Source of the DNA: Balanoglossus misakiensis
Lineage: Eukaryota; Animalia; Hemichordata
Assembly: GCA_040954595.2 (NCBI GenBank)
Contig: CM082583.2
Location: forward strand, 5,075,374-5,139,373
Reading direction: 5' to 3'
DNA: 64,000 nucleotides
The position numbers and the translations under genes were made by a program. The notes beneath the pieces were generated by a model. It saw nothing but the letters and a program-made list of their open reading frames with translations. It made no database searches and was not told the origin of the DNA. Position 1 is the stretch's first letter, and every line of letters begins with the position of its first letter. Below are positions 14,101 through 28,461 of this stretch, piece after piece.

Positions 14101-17100
14101 ATTAATTGGGTTAAGTTCGGTTAAAACTATAGATTGAATGGTGCGAAAACGAATCAGGAAGGTTAGATAGATAGCGCGGGTGATTGTACCACGTGACGAG
14201 AAAATTTGAAGAAAAATAAACCGCGATGAACGGTGTTTGTGCGTGCTGAAAAGTGAAGTGCACAATGCCCGGATGAAGGTATACACGTCGTTGACACGGT
14301 AGTATTGTTTCCTCTCTAGGTCTCATATTACGGAGGTAACTCGGCTTGATGCAAAACCCTAGAATTATTGAATTAGCAGTGAAGTGCCTGAGAGCGGTGC
14401 TTGACAGAATGGTCTCTCGCCGACAGGTTTATACATAGGGATCGCGTGGCTGCGTGGTGCGTGCCTTTTACAGCCATCCGTCTTGGGCATGCGCAGGTAT
14501 GCATAGGGCAACGAGAGACAGTTCGCGCGTTGAAATGTTATAGCGGGACCCTTTGTTTGCGGCGGCAACGCAAGTCGGCTCAGGTACGAAAACAAAATAA
14601 ACACTTGTCAAAAAGTTTGCTCGATTCTGAGAATGCCCGACGACAGCGGAAATGTTGAGCGACTGTCTAAATCGGCGCAGACACCAAAACCAAACAGACA
14701 CTTTGGGTGACCTTGCTTCTTGGTGTTAATGCAGCAAACACCGTAGATTTCACGAAATTTTGCCTTTTCACATAAAAAATAATGATTTGGCTGGAAAATT
14801 ATTTCCTTTAAAAATGGCCAAAGAAAGATTCAATTTCAAGGTAACGGTGTATGTCAACGTTACACTGCGCATGATCACAGTTTCTTGGTGGAGGCATTTA
14901 TGACATCACAGCCACTGATGTATGGGAATGTTCCAGGACAGTTTGACAGTCGATCACATCATGATAAGAGAGAATATATCCCTATAAAGCTTACATATCA
15001 TAATGTATTAATATTCGTATAACTTTGTTGAGATGATGGTTGCAAATTGAATTTTAAAAAGCGCCAACTATCCACAATTTGCGATGCGCATCGTCTTACA
15101 AGAAACCTCCCTATCTGCGCATGCGGAGAGTCATGTGTATTTTGATGGAATAACATCATGCGCGCGATACGCTTGTGATTGCTCTGTGAGCCAATTCCTC
15201 GTCCGGGGTGCCCGAATCAGTGCATTTCCTTTCAACACCGAGAAAGCTACTTCATCACAAACGGGTCACGCCGCCGATCAGGCGAGGACATGCCACGGGT
15301 TTTATCGCTCGCGATCAAATCTGTTCGATCAAACATAATCACAGTTGACCAGATAAGATCAAAATATTTCATCCGGGTTAAAGCAATCCGCTGACGTCAT
15401 CCAACACCGGCGACACTGTCGTCGCCGAAGATGACACGGCGGCGACAGCGCAATTTGAATCAGTCGCCGCCAAAAAGAAAACATGAAATAGTTTCTGCGT
15501 CAATATCATGCAGTACAGACGCAGCCTTGAGTCGTCGGATGTGGATTTTCCCAAATCAGAAACGCCTCAACTCAGGCACACGTAATTGATGCATGTGTCT
15601 CCTTCATTTTTACTTTAGGGTCGGTGACGTGCTTGACCCGTTCGCCACAAAGAAAATTTCCCCAATTATATAGATCATGCGCATTCAACTAGAGCTCCAA
15701 GCCCCAATAGTAGTTTTTTGTTGTTGAAATATTAGAATAACCGCAAACTAGGCTAGACGGACCCCACTCATTAATTTTGTCGATATCGTTTTCGTGAAAT
15801 CAAGAATCTCGCGCGGCTTTGCGACAGGTATATACGTACTATACAGAGATGTGCGTCAGAAAATGTTCTGCGGACTTTCCGGAAAATAACAAAAATACTG
15901 AGAAAATAGCCCAAAGTTGGAGTTACTGGAGCTAATAACGCGCTAGCATTGCTGTACAAAACGGTGTGCGTTTAAGTTCGGTATTTGTTTTACCAATATT
16001 TAAGAATACTCGCATAAATAAGACAATCATGGTGTTTTGTCCCTGGGTTCGCCATAACTGGAAGTACTCAAATTTTGAAAGATTCTTTATAAAGCAAAAA
16101 ACATGATTTACACGCCTTTTCCACCAAAAGACCATTTAGAACAACATGATTCCGGGGTTTATTGTGTGACACGGCTGATTATTTTTCTCGTGTTGTAAAC
16201 CCATTTCCCATAATTCCTTAATCCACCAGCTCTCCATTAAGCTGACTAATGCAGCTAAGGCATTTAAATCTCTGAAAACCAATAGCTAAACAAAATAAGG
16301 TCACCCGGCCGCAAATAATATCTGGAACAGTCTTTAGATACCCAAGCAAACCTGTTTTCGAGTTGGTGACCCAGATCATGTCAAAATAGAGCAATAAGCT
16401 TCGGGATAAAATCGAAAAAGGGATTGTGTTTTACACAGCTCTTCGATGATTGGCGTGGTGTATCGATTTATCATAATTTGTTTTCTAGCATAATCAGGAG
16501 CGGCTTGAAAGACAAATATTGCAGCGAGGCGAGAGAACGCCGATCGATTAGAACAAGAAGCCATCACAGAGAAGCCTGTGTCTTTGGGATGCAAAATTTT
16601 TGAACGCTTTATGTTATGAAAACTACCGTACCTGTCTGCGTGTGGTATTTCTACTATTTCGGAGTTACTGAAACCATAGCAAAACGACCACTTTTCTGCT
16701 AGTGTTTTTTAACTAGGGCCGACAAAAACAAACCACGATATATTTACAGTGCCCATTTCTTGTTCAGCACTGAAAAGTGCCACGATATCAAGGACATGCT
16801 CTAAATGTTTTTTTTTTTTTTTTGCCGAAAGCCTGATATCGCGTGGTCGTTACCCCGCCTTTCGTAAAAAACGGCGCGATTCTTTTCTGGTGTCGGGTGA
16901 ACTGTTTATTTTCATTTCGTTCCGCGATCCTTGTCCTTCGACGGCTTTCCCTACTGGTTGCTATAATGAGCCAAATATTTTGACACAGTCACCCCTGACC
17001 CGGCAATACCCAGAAGAAATCACGAGAAAAATATGTTGTGAACCACCAGGGCACACGAGGGACCCTCTCCGTCATTTCTCTCAATCCGAGGATACAACGT

Positions 17101-20100
17101 CAAACGCTGGGGTTATCGCATGGAAAACAATTGAGACTGTTTTTATTAGAAAATGTATCTTTGATATAGACGATTCGTTCTTTTCGTCTCTTTTTATCTA
17201 ATTTTAATATTCTTTGCTTTTCTGACATTGCGTTCTGAAAACAAGCGGCGGTGTATTTGAAGAGAAAAAAAACGAAAGTCATCATGGCTCCGATTGGCTG
17301 CGATCGCCGTCAACCACTGGCAGCTGCCTTCAGTCAAAGATACCGAGAAAGCGCCACGCGAAATATCCCCACAGCCGCCAGCGGTTTTTGTGGTCGGATC
17401 GATAGAGAAACGTTTGAAACGGTTAAAGCAATTAACGTCTATAACTTTTGATGAAGTTCAATTGACGGAGGGATCGACCGCCACTCTCTCGCGGCGGATA
17501 CCATCCCCGATTCTGCGGTCAGCCCCGCATCAGCGATCGCCGCAAGAGCCTGTGATGGGTATTTGCGGCGTCGCTGACTGAACCAGAACAGACGGGATAT
17601 GATAGCGCCCGAGGGTTCCGTGTTAACCGATAGAATATCACGATACAGACCAAACAAGGACTTGCGAAGAGTGAGTGCAGCCGATCTGCAGCGAAAACGT
17701 GTTGATCGCACCTGTTTACATCCTCTTCGTATGACGTCACGAAAAAGAAAGAACCCCCCCCCCCTCCGCGAAGCTAAAGCGTTAAGATACGTTTACTGAA
17801 CTCGTACACAGAAATCTAACGGAAAATGACGATTTTCTCTGACACAAGCACAACCCTTAAAAACTAGTTCCACTCGCCCCTGACGCACGATATCAACCAC
17901 TTTCTAGTCAGTTTACCGAGGAAATAAACGTTCAACAAACAAACGATGGAAACAGTGAGCGACGTTCGAAACTCGGAGACGATAAAAGAAATTTGTACCA
18001 AAATTCTCTTTTTCTCAAGTATATGTTGGATACAAAATACACATTTTGATTATCATTCGACTGTGCAGTGGAGTCACGAATGTTGCTTTCGAAAAATGGA
18101 ACATGTTATTACATTACAGTGGTTGCGCTCGCGAGAACAACAAACAGTGGAGAGCAGATTTTCCAGTTGATATTTCAGCTAAATTACATTAATTCCGGGT
18201 ACAGGGTATCTTCAGATAGAATGAAGCAAAAGTACAGAGGAACATCCCTATGGTAACGTCTTTAAACCAAAAGTTGATCATGCTGGCGTGCCATAGAACC
18301 AATAGGAACGGCGCTTTGATCTGATCGGTAGATTGAGTCTCTCACCCGATCGGCTGCACTAATCAACCCCGAATCACTCGCGAGTGAATATCGTTTCCTC
18401 CGCTGCGGCGGGTAACTCTTGCAACCAAGAGATGATTGGGAAGAATTCCTGATAATTAGATGAAGGAACGTATCACCACGAAGATCAAAGTCACTCTGAC
18501 CGAGCCACTCAAGGTCCAGCTGATCTTGAGATAAAAACAAAACAAAACAGAAACGCCCTAATTTCAGCAATGGAATATTTTCTTATTACCGCTGTGTGGA
18601 TGCATTTCTTGTGTGCTTAATGTATTCACAGAGATTTATCACACCGTATCGATGAATTTTTAGCCAGCAGTGGTGAAGTGGAGCGCCATCGTTTCTGATT
18701 TCGCCCAGGGCTACGAAAGCTCTGTAGCGGATATGTTCTGCTAACGACTTAGCCCGCGGTCCAATTAAAGCTAACAATTTCTATAACCTGTGATCTTCTC
18801 CGACTGGATTAAAAGTCAAGTCAGCCCACCTTCGCATGCGCATTTTGGGAAAATCCGTCTCCGGTGTCTTCGCTCTGCCCGCAGGTTCCCTTCGTGACGG
18901 AGACGGTTTTCGGGACGCACCCAGGCTCACGTTACGCAGAATTGTGATACACGTTTCCCTTCTGGGCGAAAAATTCTCACAGCATCTATCTCTGTACCTG
19001 GTGAGTATGATTTCTCTCAGAATCCCTGTCTCCTCAGCAAGTCGCTCGGTCGCCCAACTCTCCACAATAAGGAACGCAACTGGGCATAGTTGTACTGCAG
19101 TTTGAATAACTTTTTGGTATCGTACCAAGATTTCTTGTCATGTCGTTTTCAACTTGGTCTTTTCCTCCCTAGAACAGACGCATTCGCTTCACGTCACTAA
19201 CTGTAATGTCCTCGCAAAGCCACGCTGTTCGCTAAACGACTTACGCGTTGAGCGGCAGCGTATCCCGTCACTATGGCAACCGGACTAGTGAAAGCAAGCG
19301 TGCTGGGTGGATCAATTCACGTGTTTCACGTGCAAGGTGTCCACTTGTAGTAAAGCTGCAAAAGTGCAAAGTCCGCTTGGTCGTCAGCATTATGGCCGCT
19401 GCGTTGTCGTTCCACGACGGGAGAAAATGTTAGGGACCGGCGCATCTTTTCCGCCGTTTTCGTCGCACCTGTCCCTATTACGGCAGCCAGCACAGGTTTG
19501 TTGGTTTGGTTTTACTTCTGCTTGTACTCCGATGTGGGCATTGATCGGAAAGAATCTGTGTCGCTTAAAATGTGGGTGCCGGGTTTGCCAGACCTAGCAC
19601 GTCATAATTAGAGCGTTTTCCCCCGCTAGGTTGGGACATCCGGGGTAACAGAAGTCATAATTCCCGCCGTCATGGTTATAGCTACGTAACAACAAAGTGA
19701 CGCTGAATCGAGAAGCGTTACTACTTAGTATTCAGGTACCACCACGCACAGCAAGAGAGAAGTCGGAGAGACATCAGTGTGTGTTGTGACTCTGGCTTTG
19801 CAGGACGCACTGACAAGAAATACCATATATATAGCGGCCGGGAAGTCTTTGATTGAAAGGCCCATTTTGAATCTTAGATACAATGGCACTAGAATTGGAT
19901 TGTTTATTTGAAACCTTCGCAGAATGGAATAACATGCCATTTTATTTTCGCGGGTTGCGTTTCACGAGACACGAACTAGCCAGTGAAAATAACAAGAAAG
20001 TGTATCGATGATGGCGATGTGCCAACAACGCCGAACCTGTTGTTCAAGCATCGTTCAGTAACATACGCGTACATGTATAAACAAGTTGTTTGTTCGCGTT

Positions 20101-23100
20101 CTCAGTCGTGCGCAGACGACGCACCGTGGGTGTGCAGTTCACACTGTAAACTAAGACGCCTCTTTTTACAAGATCGATAAAAGTAATAGCTTCGAGTCAT
20201 TGCAGCTCCCCTGTAAAGTAGGAACGCATTTATCGTAATAAGCTCAACACATGCCAAATATTTTTGTTCCACATTTGATTTGATTTCATTCGAACGTGTC
20301 AATCGGTCAGGCCTAACACAATTTTACACTGACAAAAACGACCAAAAGCTACGTCTTTCAAACTTGAAAGAAGACACTCTGTCACGATTGATCTAGGGCC
20401 AATATTTTAAGATCCGCCATATTGCATTAACACTGAAATGATCTGATCAATCGAAAGTGTGATATTTAGAAATACGCCTGCGCTTTTGCGTTTGAACCCG
20501 AAAACTTGACACCATGCCAATTGTTGAAAAGTTAATAGGCCATCATTTGAAAATGTCAACTTTTCTATAATGTTGAGATCTTTATGACACCATAAGGCTC
20601 TCACAGTTTTCAATGTGGAAATATGAACGCATTTCTTCTGTAAGTGGATTATTATTTTTTTCAAATTGCGCGGCTGCATCCTTTCGCGCATTTGCGCATG
20701 TGTGAACCAGGCGCTGCATGCAGGGATGGCACTGGTAGTAGATGCTACTTCTCAGTGACGCCAGAAACAGTCAGAAGATATGATTGATGCAACAATTACC
20801 TTCAAAAGAAAAAAAATGCTCGATGTCCACACGCAGAGACTGTCTTTCGTCATCAATTTCGCGCGGCGATTTATCTATCAGTTTCTTTCATAACGCGGAA
20901 CTCTCGGCACGGCACCTTGTTTCAGGATTAATATGTCCAATTTCGACGGATAAAGGTTGCCGACAGGGAACGCTCTCGTTATGAAATGACTCCTTCATCA
21001 TGCCGCGGTGGGAGAAAAAAAGGGTCGCGAGTGAAATTGACGTGGGGGAAAACTTGATTAGCAGCGACTCTGGCGGAGAAAAAGCCACCTTGGCTTATTA
21101 GAGTTCATTTCCCACCTTGCTTTCGGCTTGTTTTTTTTTGCTGCGGAGTTTGCAAGCCCCGGACTTGAGCCACTTTGTGTGTATGAAATATGGAGGCAGC
21201 CTTCCGCTTTGTGCGGTTGTGGGCCCGGTGAAACGATATTAAAAGTATCTGCAGTGGAAATGACAGCCAAGTTGCCCGCGGGGCGAACGCAAAGGAGACC
21301 GATAGGGAGACGACACGGAGACAAGGCACGCTGCTAATTGCTCATAAAAACATAAACCGAAAGAGAGTCGGAGGTTGAAGAAATTTGTCAACAGTGTTAA
21401 TAAGTGTAGATCGGATTTTATCCCTTAAAAACAATTGGAACGAGACAATCGATACCCGCAGAGATGACATTTACCCAAAAATTGGTCGTGCGCGCGGCAA
21501 AAAAATAATATCGCTCATAAGTACATATGTTCTCGCGTGTAAGCTGAATTGTAGACTGCCTTGTTCACAGCTTTCTGCAACAGACCAGTAAGAAAGCTCC
21601 TACTACCGCTCCAGGCGAATAATTTCAGCAAATGAAAGCTTGGCGAGATTTATTATCGCGCAGACCATACACCGCCGTAAATTGACTCGGATAATTTTCG
21701 GAGCGCATTATAACTAGAAATGAACAACCAGATATGATGGACAGCTTTACCGCACCGCAATCATAGTGCCTTAAAGGTCACACTGTAAGGTGTTTTAAAA
21801 GGCGGGGTAATGTATTGAAGTGTGGATCTGTCGACCTTTTCTTAGATTATATCACCCGATTTTTTTTATGCCGCCGCAGCATTCTTCTGGCTTCTTCGCA
21901 CGGTTTGAAATATGCAGAACATTTTCTCGCGGCCACAATTGCCGTTTAAATCGCCTCATAGCCCGAATGATAGGGGTCACTCGCGTCGAACTTTGACCCC
22001 TCTCCCCCTACTATGTCGTCGCTGTCAGTAAATCAGTGAGGTAAGACCCAAAGCGGTGAAGTGTCGGAACGGTCAACAATGACAGCCCCTCTTAAACACT
22101 GTCGCGGCGAACTTTGCCATTTTAGTGCTCGGTAGTGGATTTCACTCGGCCCCCGGAAGCAACTTCCCGGAGAGCGAGATAGACCGCTTCGGTACATGTC
22201 GCGCGTGCGACTATTCAAAGTATGGAAATCTGTTGTTGGCCATGATCAAATATAAACGTTAATCTCAACCCGTTGCAGAAGTCAGTTGTGTTTTTTTCCG
22301 ATGTCGTGTTTTCTTCTTAAGCGTATGAACGGCGTGGGTCGTTATTCCGTTGTTTATTGGCCGGTTATTAAGTTGAAAGACGGCATTTAAACCCCCAGAT
22401 GAAAATTCATATCATGGCGTTTATTTCTGTAAACGTAATGGTATACTATGTGTACCACTTTGCTATGCACTTACACTTCACACCGCAATTATGACAGTTC
22501 AATATGTTGTAACCTATCGCGCGCAACAGAATGATAATACTACACACGGAGTTTCCCCCATAAAAAAATCATTCCATTTACAGATATTGAACTTTTAGCT
22601 CGACGGTAGTCTAATCCTCGCCACAGCATAGAGAACTACCCCCATTCAATCGATCGAAGAGTGCTTTCGACTGGCGAGGAGGCACGGACAATACACCGCC
22701 GAGGTTTTGAAACTGTGGATCCCGCAGCCCACCATAAACGTTTCAGAATGACGCCAGCTGATTGGACGAAATAACCTCAGGTGGAAATTATGCGCGCCGC
22801 ACATTGGCGGCTATAGCACCGCGTAATCGCTGCCGTTGTAAGCCGAAAATTGCCTGGAACATTTAGTAATCCCAAGAAGATCACCCCAATCTCTTTATTG
22901 TGGCAATTTGCAGGAGGGAAAAGGAGCGCGGGGTTGGCCAGCCTGCATCGACGCATATCGCCAGACAGCAATTTCATAGGTGTTGAATTTCCGCTGTCGC
23001 TGATTTCAAAGTGCTGAAATGGCCCTGATTAGCTGACCAAATTTTTATATTTTAATACGGAAGTCTTAGGAGGCGCGCTAAACCACAAATGCGAACGGCT

Positions 23101-26100
23101 TTGCTTGGTGGCTCTGTTATGTAGCGCGGCCAATTTTGCGAGACGGCCTTTTTAATACAGTTCGCCTTGTCCTCTTTGTGGGTTGTCCATTTCAGCCGTC
23201 ATTACGGCATAATTGCAGACAATATCTGCTTAGGAACCGCTTTCATTACATGGCACATATAAGCGCGAGTCGGTTTCTCCTCTTAGAAACTCATCGCCAC
23301 CGTCGACACTTTTGAAAGCAAAACCGCGCGCGAACCGGCGGGCGCAGCGGTTTGTAAATTGCTTTCGAGCGAAAAATGCTTTCTTTTTTATTTCCCTCGT
23401 TCTTTCACGGGCGGTCTCCGTCTTCCCTCCAGCATGCGCCATCCCTTGTCGGGGGCTGTGTGCGATTCACTCGAATCACAACCAGCGGAAAAGCGGTAAA
23501 GTGAAGAGGCCTGCCGACAGATAATACGCCATTTCCGACACCTTCTTCGCCGTAACACCTGCCATAACAGGAGCAGCGAATTGCGGCAATCACCGTGTAT
23601 AATATATGTTCTGTAATTACGAACTTCGGGGAAGTGTGATTTTGTTCAATTCGGTGAATGTAGCATTCATTCCTACCGCACAACTGGAATTGTATTACTC
23701 GTCCGCTCGAGTCCATATTTTTTGTTCGGATCGGATTTTCAACAGAATGCGTCTGACGTGGGCAGGTGGCGTTTCAGATTTTTTCCAAGATAAAAAATAG
23801 TGGAAGTTTGCGGAGCATCTGTTGTGAGGAAGTTTCGTCGTGAGATTTAATTGAGTCAGATTTCCCGGGCCGATAGTTCAGTTGGGGGCGCGTCGAAAGT
23901 AAGTTGAAAGTCGATTGAAATTTGTTAACTACAGCTCGTAGGAACCATGCTGTATGTAATGATCACAACGAACAACCATGGCAGTCGAGGGACATCTAAA
24001 TATATTGTTGTTCTATATTCACAAGAATAGAATACATCACCCCAGACGGAGCCTTCTGGTGTTCGTCACTTCCAGACGACATCCGAATAAAACCTTGTTT
24101 GGTAATTGTAGTTCGAAAAGCATGTCGGCAGACGGAAACTTTTCGACGCATGCGCGTGTGGGAGCATGGCTCTGCTGTCGATTCTTGTTGCGGGGTGGTG
24201 CGTTATGTATGGCAATGAAAATAAGTCCAAGAGTGTCAAAAATCCATTTTCGCTTGTATTGCTCATTCGCTTCGTTTGAAGCCACGCTTTCCTTGTGATG
24301 GAAGAGATGCTGGCCCCCGGGATGCGGTGAAATCACGCGAGAGAATTCGAAGCCCCGGTTTTTGCTGTTGCTTGTGTCGTGTACATCACTTTTTTTACCG
24401 TTCTTTGAATCTCTCTCTGCAAAGGTCCCCGTCTGCCACATGCGGTTATTTCACGGGTCAGAGCAAGAGGGCTCGCCTTCCTCAATTACCTCGGAGTGGC
24501 GTCCACAGGTCACCCTCAAGATTTAATAGAAACGTCTTAAAGCCCACTCCGTCATTTTTCCTTTCGTTTAAACATAGCCCCTCAACCGAGAATGTGGTTT
24601 TAACTCTCGTATTCTTTGCACAGAATGGACCACTTGAAATGAACATGTCGTCAAATTAACACAATATTTCCAAGTGATATTAACCAGATCGATAAAAAAA
24701 ACAATGCAATGCTTACATTCTTGGATGAAGTTGAGAAGTTTCAGCTGAATGCAAGTAAATGATGTTAAAGTTTTGACCAAAACCGTGAACTCAAGAGTCA
24801 GGTTCATCTACGTGAAGGGGTCTCTGTCATCGTGGCGACCTACAGGCCGATACACAGAACATGTCCAAATACGGGTGACGCTGGTTTTCGTCGAGTTTGG
24901 TGTTTGCTCAACCGATTCAGACGATAACTCATAACGTGACGACGACGAGGCGGCAGGTGGAGTTAGCCTTCATTGAGATTGCGGACGAGGCTGCGAATAA
25001 ATATGTCAACCAGATCGCCTGTTTTTTTTCTCTCTCTCTCTAGCCCGGAGCAGGCAATAAGGGGCCTGACATCCCGATTTGCGACTCGCTGCTCGACGGC
25101 TGACACCAGTTTTAATAACATTCGCAGGTTTGTCAAGTCGATGGCGATTCGCGCGCGAAAAACGATGGCCTTCCGCCCGGTCCCTCGTTGCGAGTTGTGT
25201 CACGCCGTCGAAGACTTTCTCCATCATTCACCCGTTCTTCGCCTATGCGTGAAGTGAACACGATAAAGTTTAGCCCCGAGAAATTTATTCGCCGAGACGG
25301 CGAGCGCAGCAACGCCGTTACAGTCTCCTGTGCACGTTTGCGATGAAATTTTTAACAACTTTGTCACTTCTGCTAGTCTTCCTTCAAAAAAGTTACTGAA
25401 TTGATTCGTTGAGATGTCCCGCGGCTACGATTTCCAAGTAGGGCGATTTTCATCCATTTTGGAATTAGATTGAATATTTCGGTTTTTTTGTGTGCTCAAT
25501 TTTACGCCGACGCGGTGTTAAAAGTGCACTCGTATCCTAAACTATAATTACGTGCAACCGACGGAATTAAGAAATATCTTGGTAACCCCTGGCCAGCTGC
25601 TTATGCAAGTTTCCACCGAGTCTGTGCCTCGGTCACAAACGCATTATTTACGGAGATCGTAAACTGAAATACGAAGTCAGTTTGATTGTATGACCTATCG
25701 TGGGACGGAGGCGAAATCGTTACACAAAAAATTGTCGTCACTGGAGGCAATGTGAACGTGCATGGGAAGCTCCGTTTTGCCGTGAAACTCGAGTACATTA
25801 AACGACTCGCGCTTTACGGCCGCCCTTACAGGTGTACTTCAGTGGCCGTTCTCGCTGGGCCAGGCAAAGGTATAAGAGACTGCACACCGACAGAGAATCG
25901 AACGGTTAACAATTTGATTTACTGTGTACAGATGTGCTCAACTCTGCTTTATTGATCTCCCCGCCGAGCCACAGTGCACACAGACACACACACACTCTGT
26001 AAACAGGGCAGGAGCAGTCAAAATACTATTGACTCTTTATTTCTGTATTGATCGCCAGTTTATTAATAGACTCGCCTCGCACAAAAATTAACAGAGCCAG

Positions 26101-28420
26101 ACAAGAAGAGTATTGTATGACTCTGGAGTAGCCGGCTAACACGGTTACCCGGGGTACGTGTTAATATTGCCACAGTGTGTAACATGTAAATACATTCTCA
26201 AACAGGAAATATACGTATTGCAGGCCATGTACATAAATCACGCAAAAAACTTATATTTTGAGTTGATGGCGATGATGACATTTGTTCTTATCGCCGTATG
26301 TGCCGCGCGTTTGCCAACAAAACACAGCGAAAAGTTACACAAGTGCCTAGACATTGGCCAGATATGCACATCCGTATGTTTACCTCATACAGAGAAAGAA
26401 TGACATTATGATCAGTTAAAAACGCTATTATTTTTAGAGGAAAAGTTCGGAAAAGGACAGAATCTCCCATAGACAAATTGCAAAGTTTGGTCCAATATAA
26501 TTATGACGCTGTGCTGAAAACACTTCACCAAATGAGCTGCCAAGTTAGACTTTAACTTGTCTTATCTAAATTTTCTAGTGATGGTTCCTCCTAATCATTA
26601 TACAATGTTGACACGTTTCAATTTGGCGTGGATTAAAGTTATGATAACTGGCAAACCGTCTGATATCACAAAATGCCGCCCCGACCCCCATTCGCAACAG
26701 AAAATAACCATCTTGATTCGTCTTATTAGGTAGAGAGCACACACCGGTTGTATTTATTGTGGTCGGGCGAATAATAGGACAAAACATCGGAGAACGAACG
26801 TTTCTTCCGTTGTTAATATTAGCATATCCTTACCCAACACGACGACCGACCGTGTTGGCCCGACTGTAGTTCGAGCGCGTAGAATTCATTCGACACAGGA
26901 TTCATCAATTCATACCCGTCCACTTTGCTAGCCAAACATTCTTGACAGGTGTTTCCGATGCGGTCGTTCGAAAATTGTGTCTTTTGTTACGAAGGTACTA
27001 CGAATGCACAGAATTTAAATATCAGTGGTGGATGAACAATAAGGGTGTACGTCATTAACATAGCGTTAGCTGTAGTAGCCGTACACCTGGGTATTTTGAA
27101 TATTACGTAAGGGTTTTTGATTTTTGACTCTCTGCAACGGCAGTCAAGTGGCGTGAGCCGACCAGAAAACAGACAAGTTGTACTCGGCCATGAGCGACGG
27201 GGACTGGAATCTTGTAATCCACGTGGGAGCTCGGTGTTGAAGTTCAGCACGTCGGTATGTCCTGTTGGTTTGAATTCAGCGTTGCTCTCGGACTTAAAAT
27301 GCATGTCTACGCCAGCAACTGTAAGTGAAGTGAACCTGTTACTACGATATTAATTTTCTTCCTGTGACAAATAGATTCGCAGTGAAACATATAACTCTGG
27401 GTGTTTGTGTTGCGAGTTTTTGGTTCGTAACACTTGTGCAAATCGCCGAAGGCCACGCGTGTCGTAAAACCCCAGAAACTGAGATATTTAACACCCAAAT
27501 TAGCCGAGCAGTTGATAGGGAAATGATATCGTAAACATTTTTAGCATTTGACGAACGCAAACAAGTTACGCCGTCCAGTTCATTCCTGTGGGATTCGCTC
27601 GTACAGCGTGAATGAATATGGCCTTGTGGGGTGGGGGGGGGGGGAGAGATCACTCTCTTACACCCGTAGCCTTTCACGTTTCTTGCTTTCGAGCTATTTG
27701 TGAACCATGGCTGCACTAAAACTCTCAACCCTAAACTTGGGGAGATTTCAAAATTACGCCCCAGTACGACAAAAATCGGCTGTGCGACCTACTATGTCGT
27801 CCTTGCAGCCACGCGGCCATTTTGGTCACCCCTTTTATGTTTTTCAGTGGGGATTATAACCGATGACGAAACAAACAAAAACATGGAGTTGTTTTGATAC
27901 CTGAAATTAAAAAAAAATGTCTGTCAATTATTTAATTTTACGCGTTCGCCAGTGGCAGGGAATTTCAGGGAAATCATCCACGCGTACAGACGAAGTGTAG
28001 TAACCGTCGGAATCAAGGGCCGGGCTCGTATTTCAACGATGTTAGCGGAAGGACAGCAGTATTATCCGCCCATAAACTTCTTAGTACCGACCAGTAAAGA
28101 AACGTAACTTGAAATTTGCTACGCGGTGTATGGCGGAAATGTGGCCATAAAACCGCTTGGCTTTTCCGCCGTGACAACAAGCCAATAAAAGAACCTAACA
28201 CATCATTTTATCTTGTCGTAAATTTTGTTTACTGGCCGACCCGTCACTTAACTTTAAAAATGTAACGATTTTTGTCGTTAAAAGATGATTGGCATCTATC
28301 CTTCGGGCATAGTGTCCACGTGACCTGTCGCTGCTAGGCTGAGTTCAACTAGAAATTGGAAGGCATCTCGTACATGAATTGTCATTTGAAAATCAAGAAT
28401 GCCAGTGGGGGATGATGGGA

Positions 28421-28461
<41 letters not shown>
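28421..28461. repeat. (GAT)n microsatellite
   Basis: About 13 perfect ATG/GAT units. Confidence 0.95.
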
